A DNA stretch of 64,000 nt from Opitutales bacterium (GTDB taxonomy: Bacteria; Verrucomicrobiota; Verrucomicrobiia; Opitutales; JABSRG01): positions 1 to 64,000 of the forward strand of contig JBMYOQ010000015.1 in the NCBI GenBank assembly GCA_049599475.1, read 5' to 3'. The notes under the pieces are model-generated. The model ran no database searches. It was not told the DNA's origin and saw only the letters and a list, made by a program, of their open reading frames with translations. Positions 29,721 through 39,708 of the stretch are shown piece after piece. The first letter of the stretch is position 1. Each line of letters begins with the position of its first letter. Both the position numbers and the translations under genes were made by a program.

Positions 29721-31574
29721 ATGCAGACTTTCAGAATTCTAAGCGCCTCTTTACTGAGTAGTGGAATCCTTCTGGGAAACAACGGTGAAGTGCTTCCAGA
29801 GCTCGATGCGTGGGAACACAGGGCGAATCCTGTGGCCATCCCCGAGGCCCCAGGCTCGATCGCGACAGTCGTCTCTGAGCTCTCTTACTCCCCTTGGGTG
29901 GATGTGCAGTCGCGCAATCGCGGTGAGCTTCAGGGAGACATCTCTATACGCGGCGGTACTTTTGAAGGCACAGGATTCACGATCGCTGGTTTGACCTTGA
30001 TCGACCCGCAGACGGGGCACTACTCAGCTGAAATACCCGTTGATCCTGCGATGCTGTCTGCTCCGGAAATTGGTCTAGGCAGTGCGCACGCAGCCTCAGG
30101 GTTCAATGCGACTGCGGGTTCAGTAGCCTACCAACTGAGTTCGGTTGAAGATGAGATCCGGGTGCGTGGCACGGTGGGTAGTGATGAATTGTTTGGTGGA
30201 TCTGCATATTTTGGCCGCACCTTTGACGATGCGGAATGGTCCAGTGATTTAGCGGTTGCCTATTCCGAGAGCGACGGAGCTGTCGAAGGCGGTAGACATG
30301 AGTTTGAGCGTATCACGGGTCGTGTGCAGTGGAAAAATGAGGATGCCCGCTTCAACGTCGTCGCTGGGTATCAGGATAAATACTTTGCCTGGCCTTACCT
30401 CTATGCACTCCAGGAATTACATGATTTGATCGGGACGAGTGGAATCGAAACCGAGCAAATCGAGACGACTTTGCTTTTGGCGGAATACGAACGCGCGTTT
30501 GGGGATAACCTATTTAGCATTAGTGGATATTTCAGAGAGAACAAAGACGACTACGAATTCGATCTCGAGGATCCGGGGCTCTTCAATCCTTATCAGCACA
30601 CCACTGAGGTGATCGGTTCACAGGTTGCTTACGATGCCGCTGTCGCGGGGGGTGTGTGGTCGACCGGACTTCAATTTTATACTGATGATATCGAGTCCAC
30701 AGCCTTGGTGAATTCTCCGTTTAACTCACGTGATTATTGGGCGCTCTCATCTGGATGGAGCGGGGAGCTCTACAGTTCGGGGCGAACCACTCACAATTTG
30801 GCCTTTGGCGTGCGTTATGAAGATACTAGCGAAGATGAGGCAGCTTGGTCGCCCTATGCGCGCTGGGCTATCGATCTCGAGCGAAACGCTGGCGTGTGGC
30901 AAATTTATCTCGATGCGAGTCAGTCCACGAAGGTGGCAGGTTATACAGTCTTGGGCGGCAGCGAGACCGGGGGCCTGTTTCGCGGAAACCAAAATCCACA
31001 TCGCGAGTATGCCCGCACCTATGAAGGCGGATTGGTGTTTACGGGAGAGACCGGACTCAATGCGCGCGCATCGATTTTTTATCGTGAGGACGACGATCTC
31101 GTAGACTGGACCTTCGAGTCGGGCTCTCTATTTGCGCGAAAAGCTGAGAATGTGGACATCGAAACCTATGGCGCGGAGCTCTTCGCCTCTTACTCGTTCG
31201 GGTGGTTTACTGGATTTGCGAGCTACGCCTATCTTGATAAAGACGAGGACTACGGTGCTGTTGCCGATACCGTAGATGGCAGTTTCTATGCGCTCAACTA
31301 CGCGGACCATCGATTCACTTTGGGGCTGGATGCTCAATTGACTGACGATCTCCGAGTCCTTTGGGACCAAGAATATCGGGTCCAAGCAGAAAATGAGTTG
31401 AGAAGCGGCGCCGAGAAGGTGTGGCTCCACTCTGTCGCAGTCGATTATCAGATCCTGGAAAGTCTCTCCGGTCGCCTTGCGGTGGACAATGTCTTGGACG
31501 AAGTTTTTGAGGAGGTCCCAGGAGTTCCAGGCACTGGAAGAAGCGTATCCGTTTCTCTGGAAGCGCGTTTCTAA
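29721..31574 (+). CDS. TonB-dependent receptor
   Basis: Plug (QGDISIRGG), beta-barrel pattern, DNVLDE..GRSVSVSLEARF C-terminus. Confidence 0.88.
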   Translation: MQTFRILSASLLSSGILLGNNGEVLPELDAWEHRANPVAIPEAPGSIATVVSELSYSPWVDVQSRNRGELQGDISIRGGTFEGTGFTIAGLTLIDPQTGHYSAEIPVDPAMLSAPEIGLGSAHAASGFNATAGSVAYQLSSVEDEIRVRGTVGSDELFGGSAYFGRTFDDAEWSSDLAVAYSESDGAVEGGRHEFERITGRVQWKNEDARFNVVAGYQDKYFAWPYLYALQELHDLIGTSGIETEQIETTLLLAEYERAFGDNLFSISGYFRENKDDYEFDLEDPGLFNPYQHTTEVIGSQVAYDAAVAGGVWSTGLQFYTDDIESTALVNSPFNSRDYWALSSGWSGELYSSGRTTHNLAFGVRYEDTSEDEAAWSPYARWAIDLERNAGVWQIYLDASQSTKVAGYTVLGGSETGGLFRGNQNPHREYARTYEGGLVFTGETGLNARASIFYREDDDLVDWTFESGSLFARKAENVDIETYGAELFASYSFGWFTGFASYAYLDKDEDYGAVADTVDGSFYALNYADHRFTLGLDAQLTDDLRVLWDQEYRVQAENELRSGAEKVWLHSVAVDYQILESLSGRLAVDNVLDEVFEEVPGVPGTGRSVSVSLEARF

Positions 31575-31747
31575 AGCTGGAACGCAACCGGCTATAAACC
31601 ATTTTTGTGAGGCAAAAAAAGCGTTCAGAAATTTTTTTTCAGAAAATCGAAAATTCTTTGAACGTTTTAGTCACTGCTTCGACTAAACATATAACTGATA
31701 TTTTGCAGTAGTTTCATAGTTTCAGTTTAGTTTGTAGTTTGTTTGAG

Positions 31748-31784
31748 AGAAGCCGCCTTTTGCAGAGGGCGGCTTCTTTTTTTT
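31748..31784 (+). terminator. Rho-independent terminator
   Basis: AGAAGCCGCC...GGCGGCTTCT followed by a T tract. Confidence 0.85.
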
Positions 31785-31801
31785 GGCTGTCCTAAAAGCA
31801 C

Positions 31802-32923
31802 CTAGCGAACGTGCACGTAATTGCCGCGCTCTTGCTCTTTTTTAAGACGGAGTTGACCACAGGCTGCATCGATATCGTGGCCTTTTTCGCGTCGGATCGT
31901 TACGCTAACCCGTTCGCGTTTGAGGATGTTTACAAAAACTCGCTGGCGATTCATCGATGGTCGTTTCCATTGGAGTCCATCCACGGAGTTGTACGGAATA
32001 CAATTTACGTGGGCATGAAGATCGCGGGCGATTTTCGAGAGTTCCTCGGCCTGCTCGACGCTGTCGTTGACTCCTTCGATTAGAATGTACTCTAGGGTGA
32101 CCATTCGGCCGTTTTTCTCCCGGAAGTATGCGATTGCGGGTAGAAGCTCTTCGAGAGGGTATTTGCGATTGATCGGCATAATCTTTCGCCGCACCTCATT
32201 GGTCGCTCCGTGAAGCGATATAGCTAAGCGCAAATTGAGGGGTTCTTCCGCAAGTTGTCGAATCTGGGGAGCGAGCCCAGAGGTAGACAATGTGATGCGG
32301 CGCGCTCCAAAATTCATTCCCCAATCAGAATTTAGAATCTTTAGGGCGGGGACCACATTGTCATAGTTGGAAAGAGGCTCTCCCATGCCCATCATGACGA
32401 TGTTGTCGAAAGCGGCGTGGTCATCTTTCGAGGCATCTGGATCTTCCTGTTCCAAGGTGCGGGAGGCATGTATGAGCTGGGATACGATTTCCGCGGTATT
32501 GAGATCGCGCTTAAATCCTGCCAGTCCACTCGCGCAGAATTTACAGGCGTAGGCACAGCCCACTTGGCTGGAAACGCAGATCGTTTTGCGGGCGTTCTCT
32601 TGTCCCACGCCGATCATCGGAGCACGGATTACGACGGTTTCTACGAGAGATCTATCTCCGTATTCGATAAGGAGTTTGTCCGTAACGTCGGTGGCCTTTT
32701 TATCGAGGAGAATTTTGGAGGGCAGAAGTGTGAAAGCGTCGTCGAGCCATTGACGGAGCGCTTTGGACAGGTTGGTCATCTCCGCCCATTCGACGACGCG
32801 CTTCTTGTAGAGCCACTGCATGATTTGCCCTGCGCGGAATGCAGGGTGCCCGGCTTCCTTGAGTTTTGACTGAAGCGTTTCAAGGGTCTCGCCGTAAATG
32901 CTGGGCTTTGTGTGTTCTACCAT
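31802..32923 (-). CDS. rlmN: 23S rRNA A2503 C2-methyltransferase (radical SAM)
   Basis: CVSSQVGCAYACKFC, MGMGEP, ISLHG, DIDAACGQL. Confidence 0.97.
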   Translation of the reverse strand: MVEHTKPSIYGETLETLQSKLKEAGHPAFRAGQIMQWLYKKRVVEWAEMTNLSKALRQWLDDAFTLLPSKILLDKKATDVTDKLLIEYGDRSLVETVVIRAPMIGVGQENARKTICVSSQVGCAYACKFCASGLAGFKRDLNTAEIVSQLIHASRTLEQEDPDASKDDHAAFDNIVMMGMGEPLSNYDNVVPALKILNSDWGMNFGARRITLSTSGLAPQIRQLAEEPLNLRLAISLHGATNEVRRKIMPINRKYPLEELLPAIAYFREKNGRMVTLEYILIEGVNDSVEQAEELSKIARDLHAHVNCIPYNSVDGLQWKRPSMNRQRVFVNILKRERVSVTIRREKGHDIDAACGQLRLKKEQERGNYVHVR

Positions 32924-33038
32924 CGGATTCTGAAAATTTTAACCTTTCCGCTATAGTTGCAACGATCTATTGAGTATTCCTGGAACTCGCTGCCGATCTC
33001 CGTGTTATTTCGGCACAAATCTTTCTCAACTTCTTCTC

Positions 33039-33548
33039 ATGAATACTAAATGTGCAATGCGGTTATCAGCCCTCTTTGGATTGGCCGCCCTGTTTGTATT
33101 GTCCGGCTGTAAAAGCCTCCCGCGGTCGGGTGTGTCTGACCCTCGGGGAGCCGCCTTACCTCCTTTCACGGTGTATTCCGAAGACACTCCACAGGTGGTT
33201 TTGCCTTCTGGCTTCGAGTCTGGCGGTGTTTTGGTGATTATTTATAAAGAGTCTGGACGCGATGATGCGCAGCAATGGCTCAATGCCATGGTGGCTCAAC
33301 CCTTGAGCAAACCCGCAGTCGTTGTGGAAACGAATCCCGAATGGGGCGATATCGACTGGAGCAGCGAGACTTTACCAGGCAGTGCCAGTATCGAAGAGGT
33401 ATATCCCTTGATCGAACTGACTGGAGCTGAGCGGCCAGATTTGGCACGTGTGATTTATTTCAACGAGACTGGGCGCATCGTTTGGTTGTGGGATGGCGGC
33501 TTTCACGAATTAAAACTAGCTGAGCTACGGGCGGCCCTGCGTCCATGA
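33039..33548 (+). CDS. Hypothetical lipoprotein
   Basis: Lipobox LSGC after a hydrophobic stretch; stop overlaps the birA start; start uncertain. Confidence 0.65.
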   Translation: MNTKCAMRLSALFGLAALFVLSGCKSLPRSGVSDPRGAALPPFTVYSEDTPQVVLPSGFESGGVLVIIYKESGRDDAQQWLNAMVAQPLSKPAVVVETNPEWGDIDWSSETLPGSASIEEVYPLIELTGAERPDLARVIYFNETGRIVWLWDGGFHELKLAELRAALRP

Positions 33549-34546
33549 GCGAACCGCTAGAGGTAAGTCCACGCGTAAGAATCTTAAGAGAGCTGGGTAA
33601 GGATCCCGGTGCTTATGTTTCTGGGGGGCTTCTGTCCGAAATGCTCGGGGTGTCCCGAGTGACAGTTTGGAAATATTTTGAGCAATTGCGGGAGGACGGC
33701 TTCGAGTTTGAAGCTGCTCGTAAGCGCGGGTATCGAATCTTAAAGACTCCGGTGAATTCTCATGAGGATTGGCTGCGAGCCCTCATCCTCGACGCTGGCC
33801 TCAACGATGTCTCGGCGAGTGTTTTTGAGAATTTGGATAGCACAAACTCAGAGGCCGAGCGATGGCTCTCTAAGGGTGGGCGCACACCGCATTTCATCGT
33901 AGCGCGATCTCAGTCTGCTGGACGAGGGCGCCAAGGCCGCGAATGGAAAAGTGAGACTGAGGGCAATTTGTATCTCTCAGCGGTGTTTCGTCCGGATCTA
34001 TTACCGAGCCAGATGCAGCTGTTTACGCTTTGGGCGGGTTTGCACGTGGCCCGTGCGCTGCGAACGTTTGACGAAAGAATCCAGATTAAATGGCCGAATG
34101 ATCTGTGGATCGAAGGAAGCAAATGTGCGGGTATGTTGACCGAGGCACGGATCGACGCTGACCGTACGCGCGACCTTATTTTCGGCTTGGGATTAAATAT
34201 CAATTTTGCGCCTACTGCAGATGGAGTTCAGTCTGCAAAACTGGTCGGTGAGGAAGCTTCTCTTTTGCCGGTGACACGAATCGCCGCTCGTGTGATTGCT
34301 GCGATTATGGAAGCCTATGATTCCCTGCGAGAGAAAAGTGCTTCCAAGTGCCTGGCAGCCTTGTGGCCTGCTTACGATCTATTGTTGGGCAAAGAGGTCG
34401 AAATGACTGAGGGAAACCGGCGAGTTCAGGGCGTTGGGCGAGGCATCCGGGAAGACGGTGCACTCCGCCTCGAGTTACCCGATGGAGAAATGCGCTACAT
34501 CCACTCAGGCGAGGTCCGGCATGTTCGGCCGAATCTATCGAAATAG
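33545..34546 (+). CDS. birA: Bifunctional biotin ligase/repressor
   Basis: N-terminal HTH (GVSRVTVWK), STN, GRGRQGREW, KWPND. Confidence 0.96.
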   Translation: MSEPLEVSPRVRILRELGKDPGAYVSGGLLSEMLGVSRVTVWKYFEQLREDGFEFEAARKRGYRILKTPVNSHEDWLRALILDAGLNDVSASVFENLDSTNSEAERWLSKGGRTPHFIVARSQSAGRGRQGREWKSETEGNLYLSAVFRPDLLPSQMQLFTLWAGLHVARALRTFDERIQIKWPNDLWIEGSKCAGMLTEARIDADRTRDLIFGLGLNINFAPTADGVQSAKLVGEEASLLPVTRIAARVIAAIMEAYDSLREKSASKCLAALWPAYDLLLGKEVEMTEGNRRVQGVGRGIREDGALRLELPDGEMRYIHSGEVRHVRPNLSK

Positions 34547-34547
34547 T

Positions 34548-35261
34548 CTAAAAGTAAGCCGGAGATAAGATCAGCTGAATGCGCGGGTCTGACTCGGCGA
34601 GCGTTACTTTCTGCAAAGATTGACTATCGAAATCGATGAAATCGAGAGCAGCGGCAATCATCCTTGGTACATAGTAACGCAGATCTTCAGATTCATTTCG
34701 GTTGCGCACCTCGACCATCCAGATCTCTTTGCGCTCTCCGTCAGGGCTATCTGGTGAAGCCGAATAGGCCCGCATTACGAGAGATTTTTCATAGTAGGTG
34801 TCAGCCCGCAATTCCGTGTCCCAGCCGACCATGCGTTGTCTGCTCGGATAGTATGAATATACGACTCGTGTTTCCACGTTCCCATTCTTGTCATATACTT
34901 TGACAAGCCTCTGGCGATAGCCGCCGCCGGTGTAAGCGTAGACGGGTTCTGAGCGCTCGCGGATTTTGGTCTGAGGTTCGCTGATTTGAAAACCCAGCTC
35001 GATAATAAGGTCGGCTTCCGTTCCAATCTCCGCTTCCCGGTATCCTTCGGAGATGAGGGCCGTGCGAGCATAGCGAGAGGCTTCTTGGAATTGTAAAGAC
35101 CCCGGCTCTTCGATCTCCGGTCCGGCAGCAATGGCAAAGGTCCTATAATCACCAATCGGTGCTGGGTGATTGATTGAGTTTACCGAAAACGAATGGGTCG
35201 TCTCGCAGCCGACGAAAGCCAGCGAGGTGATAACAAAGGCTGAGATAAGGAAACTTTTCAT
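34548..35261 (-). CDS. Lipoprotein (DUF4136-like)
   Basis: Lipobox FVGC; YRTFAI..L..GY..ADL pattern. Confidence 0.65.
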   Translation of the reverse strand: MKSFLISAFVITSLAFVGCETTHSFSVNSINHPAPIGDYRTFAIAAGPEIEEPGSLQFQEASRYARTALISEGYREAEIGTEADLIIELGFQISEPQTKIRERSEPVYAYTGGGYRQRLVKVYDKNGNVETRVVYSYYPSRQRMVGWDTELRADTYYEKSLVMRAYSASPDSPDGERKEIWMVEVRNRNESEDLRYYVPRMIAAALDFIDFDSQSLQKVTLAESDPRIQLILSPAYF

Positions 35262-35275
35262 TGTATTCTAGGAGC

Positions 35276-37234
35276 TTAGGTGGCTCGGGTGAATTCCTCT
35301 AGAAAGCTAAATACCTCTTTGGGTTTCATAGGTTTTACAATAAATGCATTCATCCCGACTTCTTGGGCCTTTTGCCGATTCTCATCGGTGGTGTGTGCGG
35401 TGATGGCTGCGATAGGCACATTTTTGTGGCAAGCCCCCGCAGAGCCTGCGCGAATCTTAGAAGTGGCCTCGAATCCATCGATACCTGGCATGTGCAGGTC
35501 CATTAAGACGGCGTCATACTCGGTCTCTGCCATTAGCTCCAATGCGCGTTCACCGCTCTCCGCCAATTCAACGTGGATTCCAGGGCGATGCTTTAGGAAA
35601 TGAGAAATAAGTCGGAGGTTGATATCATTATCATCCACCGCAAGCAGCCGTACCTGTGTCTCTACCTTTGCGGGCTCTTCGCCCTTATTGTCCGCATCTT
35701 CTGGCGAATCCTGCTTATCTTCCGAGACTGGAAGGGGAAGTTGTAGAATCGCCACCGTGCCATAGGGCATACCAGGCTCGATGTGGAGGCTACCTCCCAT
35801 CATTTCGGCAAACTTGAGAGATATCGCCAGTCCTAGACCGGTGCCACCGAAACGCTCGAATGTGAAAGGCTCGGCTTGTTTAAAAGGCTGAAATACGCGT
35901 TTGAGCGCGGCTTCATCGATCCCGACTCCTGTGTCTTTCACCAGAAACTGAATATTGTCTGAATTCGGAATTTTCCGGATCTTGATCGAGATGCTTCCCT
36001 TGCGCGTAAATTTTTCAGCGTTGGACAGGAGGTTATTTAAGATTTGGGTGATCCGGAGAGGGTCGCCCCTATGAGACTCGGGAATCTCGTGATCCCAGGT
36101 GACTTCAAATTTGATCCCTTTTGCTTCGATGCGATTGCGGAAAATTTGGCCAAGGTTTTCGATGATCGAAGCAATCGAAAACTGCTTGTTCCGAATCTGC
36201 ATTTCACCCGCCTCGATTTTGGTGAAATCGAGGACGTCATCGATCAAGGCTTGAAGGGTGTTTGAGCAGGTTTGTATCGATTTTACAAACTCGCTGGAAT
36301 CATCCTCGGGAGGCGCATGCGAGAGTAGCTCAGCAAACCCCACAATCCCATTCAGAGGGGTGCGCATTTCGTGGCTCAGCGTGGCTACAAATTCGCTTTT
36401 CGAACGGCTCGCCGCCACTGCGTGCTCGCGTTGTTCCTCGAGGCTACGCCGCTCTGCGACGTACGGATCGATGTCTACGATGGTTACGAATACATTCGTT
36501 AAATGCTTTGGGTCGTCTGGAAAACGAATATAGATGCGCGTTTGGTTTAAGCGTTTGTTTGCCGTATCGATGGGAGCTTCGATCTCCAGATGAGTTTTGC
36601 CCTCGGATATTGCGACGAGCTCTTCAATAAACGCTGGGTAAGTGGGTTCGCGCAGAGTCTTTGTAAGGCGCCCGACAATGTCTCCTTTGGAGATTTTCAT
36701 GATGTCGAGAGCAGCTTGATTGACATCCTTAATGATCACCAGGTCGGCCAGTTTTCGGACCACTTCGTAATCATTTTCGAGGTAGTCGCGTAGCTCTTGC
36801 GGACTCTTGGGAAGCTTGCTCTTGAGATACCTATCTACCGCGGAGAAATCTTCCACATACATCGGTATTGGGCAGGCTTGAAAGACCGTCTCATAGAAAA
36901 TGACCTCCCGATCGCTGGCCGGCTTCAATGTAGGAAAACTGAGCAGCCAGTCGCCCTCAATGTGTTCGGAATCTAGGGGCTGCATGTGGATGGTGCCCCA
37001 TTCGCGGAAAAAGATATGTTTTTCCCCGGCATCTGAAGCCGTAACTGCATACTCGATGCGGCTGGAAATCCATGCTCTAACTTCGGGCGAGAACTCGTGA
37101 ATACTCGCGATGTTGTGTCCAATGTAGCTTTGCAATGCGTTGTTGATCCAGCGCACGCTCCCGTCTGAACCCACCAGACAGTAGCCAGTCGGAGACTTAT
37201 CGAGGATTAAACGTTGCGGAGCTTCGAGAAGCAT
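35276..37234 (-). CDS. Hybrid sensor histidine kinase/response regulator with PAS-like input
   Basis: SHEMRTPLNG, NLLSNAEKFT, DTGVG, GGTGLGL, REC (VDDN, MDLHMP, KP). Confidence 0.95.
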   Translation of the reverse strand: MLLEAPQRLILDKSPTGYCLVGSDGSVRWINNALQSYIGHNIASIHEFSPEVRAWISSRIEYAVTASDAGEKHIFFREWGTIHMQPLDSEHIEGDWLLSFPTLKPASDREVIFYETVFQACPIPMYVEDFSAVDRYLKSKLPKSPQELRDYLENDYEVVRKLADLVIIKDVNQAALDIMKISKGDIVGRLTKTLREPTYPAFIEELVAISEGKTHLEIEAPIDTANKRLNQTRIYIRFPDDPKHLTNVFVTIVDIDPYVAERRSLEEQREHAVAASRSKSEFVATLSHEMRTPLNGIVGFAELLSHAPPEDDSSEFVKSIQTCSNTLQALIDDVLDFTKIEAGEMQIRNKQFSIASIIENLGQIFRNRIEAKGIKFEVTWDHEIPESHRGDPLRITQILNNLLSNAEKFTRKGSISIKIRKIPNSDNIQFLVKDTGVGIDEAALKRVFQPFKQAEPFTFERFGGTGLGLAISLKFAEMMGGSLHIEPGMPYGTVAILQLPLPVSEDKQDSPEDADNKGEEPAKVETQVRLLAVDDNDINLRLISHFLKHRPGIHVELAESGERALELMAETEYDAVLMDLHMPGIDGFEATSKIRAGSAGACHKNVPIAAITAHTTDENRQKAQEVGMNAFIVKPMKPKEVFSFLEEFTRAT

Positions 37235-37239
37235 CGATA

Positions 37240-38301
37240 TCAGCTATGCTGGTACCAGTGGACAGATGCAAACACTGCTTTGCGTAAATTTGTCGTGATG
37301 GCTCCCAAATCCCATACGCCTTGATGTGCTTTGAGTCTCATAGCGGCTTTGGGCATACTCGCAATGGAGCAAGTTTTCTCCGATTGGACGGCAGTGAACG
37401 CCCCCGCGCGCTTGAGCTCTTTGAGTCCATCTGCACCGTCGTCGCCCATACCCGTCATAAGCAGTGCGACGATTCCGTTGGACTTCGAACTCTTCGCGCC
37501 CGACTTGAATAGAGCATCGACGGAAGGTTTTTGTCCTTTGATGGGCTCTCCTAGCATCAGTTTGGCTTCGTAAAAACCACGATTTGACCATGACACGAGT
37601 AAATGTGCGTCACCTGGACTGATGTAGACGTGGCCCTGTTTTAGACGTTCACCATCCTTGGCCTCAGTTACTGTAACGCGACTTAGCGAATCGAGGCGCT
37701 TGGCCATCACATCGGTCATGCTTGCTGGCATGTGCTGAGTGATGCAGATCGGCGGCATGTCTCTGGGTAAATCTTGTAGAATGGTCTGGAGGGCTCGGGG
37801 ACCTCCTGTTGAAGCACCGATTAAAACGAGTATCTCCGGGGGGAGATTTTTGGGTTGTTTGTGGTGAGGTTTGAAATCTGGCGGCTTATGGCCGGTCCGT
37901 CGCCTTACTTGGGCTTTAGCAGCACTCGCTAAGCGGTCGCAAAAATTTGGCTGAGACACGGAAGATTGGCCGGAGGAGCTGGTTTTTTCGATGACATCCA
38001 GCGCTCCATACTCCAGGGCAAGCGAGGCATTTTTCGAGCCCTCTCCTGCCATGCCACTATGGATGACCACGGGGAGTGGTCGCTCCTTCATGATAATCTT
38101 GAGGAAATCGAGCCCATCGATACCGGGAAGGCCGATATCTAGAATCACCAAATCTGGTTTCTTCTCTAGAATGAGCGTCTTTGCCTGGTAGGCATCTTCC
38201 GCGGTTTGAATGCTTTCGAAACGTGAGTCGCGGGAGATTACCTCTTTGAGGGCTCTTAGGGCGACTTTCGAGTCGTCTACGATGATTGCTGAGAATCCCA
38301 T
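37240..38301 (-). CDS. cheB: Protein-glutamate methylesterase with REC domain
   Basis: REC (VDDS, LDIGLP) + GASTGGP, QHMP, TGMGDDG catalytic motifs. Confidence 0.93.
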   Translation of the reverse strand: MGFSAIIVDDSKVALRALKEVISRDSRFESIQTAEDAYQAKTLILEKKPDLVILDIGLPGIDGLDFLKIIMKERPLPVVIHSGMAGEGSKNASLALEYGALDVIEKTSSSGQSSVSQPNFCDRLASAAKAQVRRRTGHKPPDFKPHHKQPKNLPPEILVLIGASTGGPRALQTILQDLPRDMPPICITQHMPASMTDVMAKRLDSLSRVTVTEAKDGERLKQGHVYISPGDAHLLVSWSNRGFYEAKLMLGEPIKGQKPSVDALFKSGAKSSKSNGIVALLMTGMGDDGADGLKELKRAGAFTAVQSEKTCSIASMPKAAMRLKAHQGVWDLGAITTNLRKAVFASVHWYQHS

Positions 38302-38446
38302 ATTGTTTACTGTCCTAACAGGAAAAATTTCGGGGATTCAGCGTGCAGCTTTAGAAAGTATTCGGATTTTCTGGGTTAAAATCATGAAGATAGAAGGAAA
38401 GGCGATCATGCACGCGTTTAATCGTTATTACACTTGCCTAAGTAAT

Positions 38447-39070
38447 ATGAGCCCCATCTGGATAACAGCAGTGAATGAAGCCCTTTCGTCAGAGAAGTCG
38501 TCTGAAACGGAATTTGACTCCGTGTTGGATTCGATAACGGCCGGTATGGTCGAAGGGCGTGAGGCCGATTTTTCCCAGTTTTGTAGGCGCTATAGTCAGG
38601 CGCTGCATCGCTATTGTCTGAAAATAGTGAAAGGCGACGATGCGGGAAGCTACGAGCTGCATCAGCAAGTGCTCATCCGTATTGCTCGATATCCGAAACA
38701 TATAAGCGATGAGAAAGCGCTCTGGCGATGGATGTCGCGCGTCGTGCGCACCACTCAAATTGATATCCATCGCAAGCAGAAACGCTATGGCGCGGCGATG
38801 CGTGCGTATTGGGAGCATGTCACTACGCAGCCAAAGAATCCGCAATCGAGTGATGCGAGCCTTTCGACGACGCTCCTCGAAGTTTTGGGAGATATGTCTG
38901 ATGGGGACCGCGAATTGATCGAAAAGAAATATCTCGGAGGCTGGTCCTATCAGGCTTTGGCCGAGCATTTTGACGTCTCCGAAAAAGCAGTGGAGTCCCG
39001 CCTTACGCGGGCCCGAACTAAGTTACGCGAACGGGCGATACAGCGCCTTAATCAGGACAAATCTCAGTAA
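38447..39070 (+). CDS. ECF-type RNA polymerase sigma factor
   Basis: Region 2-like (LHQQVLIRI..WRWM) and region 4 HTH (SYQALAEHFDVSEKAVESRLTRAR); start uncertain. Confidence 0.85.
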   Translation: MSPIWITAVNEALSSEKSSETEFDSVLDSITAGMVEGREADFSQFCRRYSQALHRYCLKIVKGDDAGSYELHQQVLIRIARYPKHISDEKALWRWMSRVVRTTQIDIHRKQKRYGAAMRAYWEHVTTQPKNPQSSDASLSTTLLEVLGDMSDGDRELIEKKYLGGWSYQALAEHFDVSEKAVESRLTRARTKLRERAIQRLNQDKSQ

Positions 39071-39075
39071 AGACC

Positions 39076-39639
39076 ATGAAATTCGAAGGTAAACCTGACC
39101 CCTTGCTTGAAGTTTATTCCGAAAACGAACGTCTCGAGGCTAATGAGCGTGCGGCGATAGCTGAGATGCGCGCGAACTCTAAGCAGTCTGAGGGCGCTAC
39201 CATTTTCGGAGCCCAGGGAATGTTGGCGATCGGCGCTTGTTGTGCGGCAATCGTGGCCTGTTTTGTATACTTACAGACGCAGCCGGCGGAAGAGCCTTCC
39301 GTCATGGATGTTGCCGCTTCTGAACAAGAGCGTGATTTCCGTGCTGCAGCCGGTGCCTCGGCTCAGCGGTCTCAATTGGGTACCCAGGAAATCAATGTCA
39401 GCGATGTATCGGTGGCGTCTCAATTTTATGTAGATACCCTCGGGTTTGAGGTCGTTGCGACACAGCCAGAGGTCGCAATCCTAGAGTATGGAGATGCCCG
39501 TGTGCTTCTAAAGCAGAGTCCATCTGCGGGGACTGGGACGATATCTATTTTTGTAGATACCGGAGATGTTTCCCAGGATTACATTTTTAAGGTGTCTGAT
39601 CCCGACGGAAACCAGGTCCAATTTATAGAGAGGAATTAA
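39076..39639 (+). CDS. Single-TM protein with C-terminal VOC/glyoxalase-like domain; possible anti-sigma
   Basis: TM (MLAIGACCAAIVACFVYL), INVSDV..SQFYVDTLGF and DPDGNQVQF. Confidence 0.7.
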   Translation: MKFEGKPDPLLEVYSENERLEANERAAIAEMRANSKQSEGATIFGAQGMLAIGACCAAIVACFVYLQTQPAEEPSVMDVAASEQERDFRAAAGASAQRSQLGTQEINVSDVSVASQFYVDTLGFEVVATQPEVAILEYGDARVLLKQSPSAGTGTISIFVDTGDVSQDYIFKVSDPDGNQVQFIERN

Positions 39640-39708
39640 TCTCGCTCTCTTTCGGGCGAACGGTGTTTACCGATTGCATATCGGGCATCAAGGCATTTGC
39701 TGCTCCGC

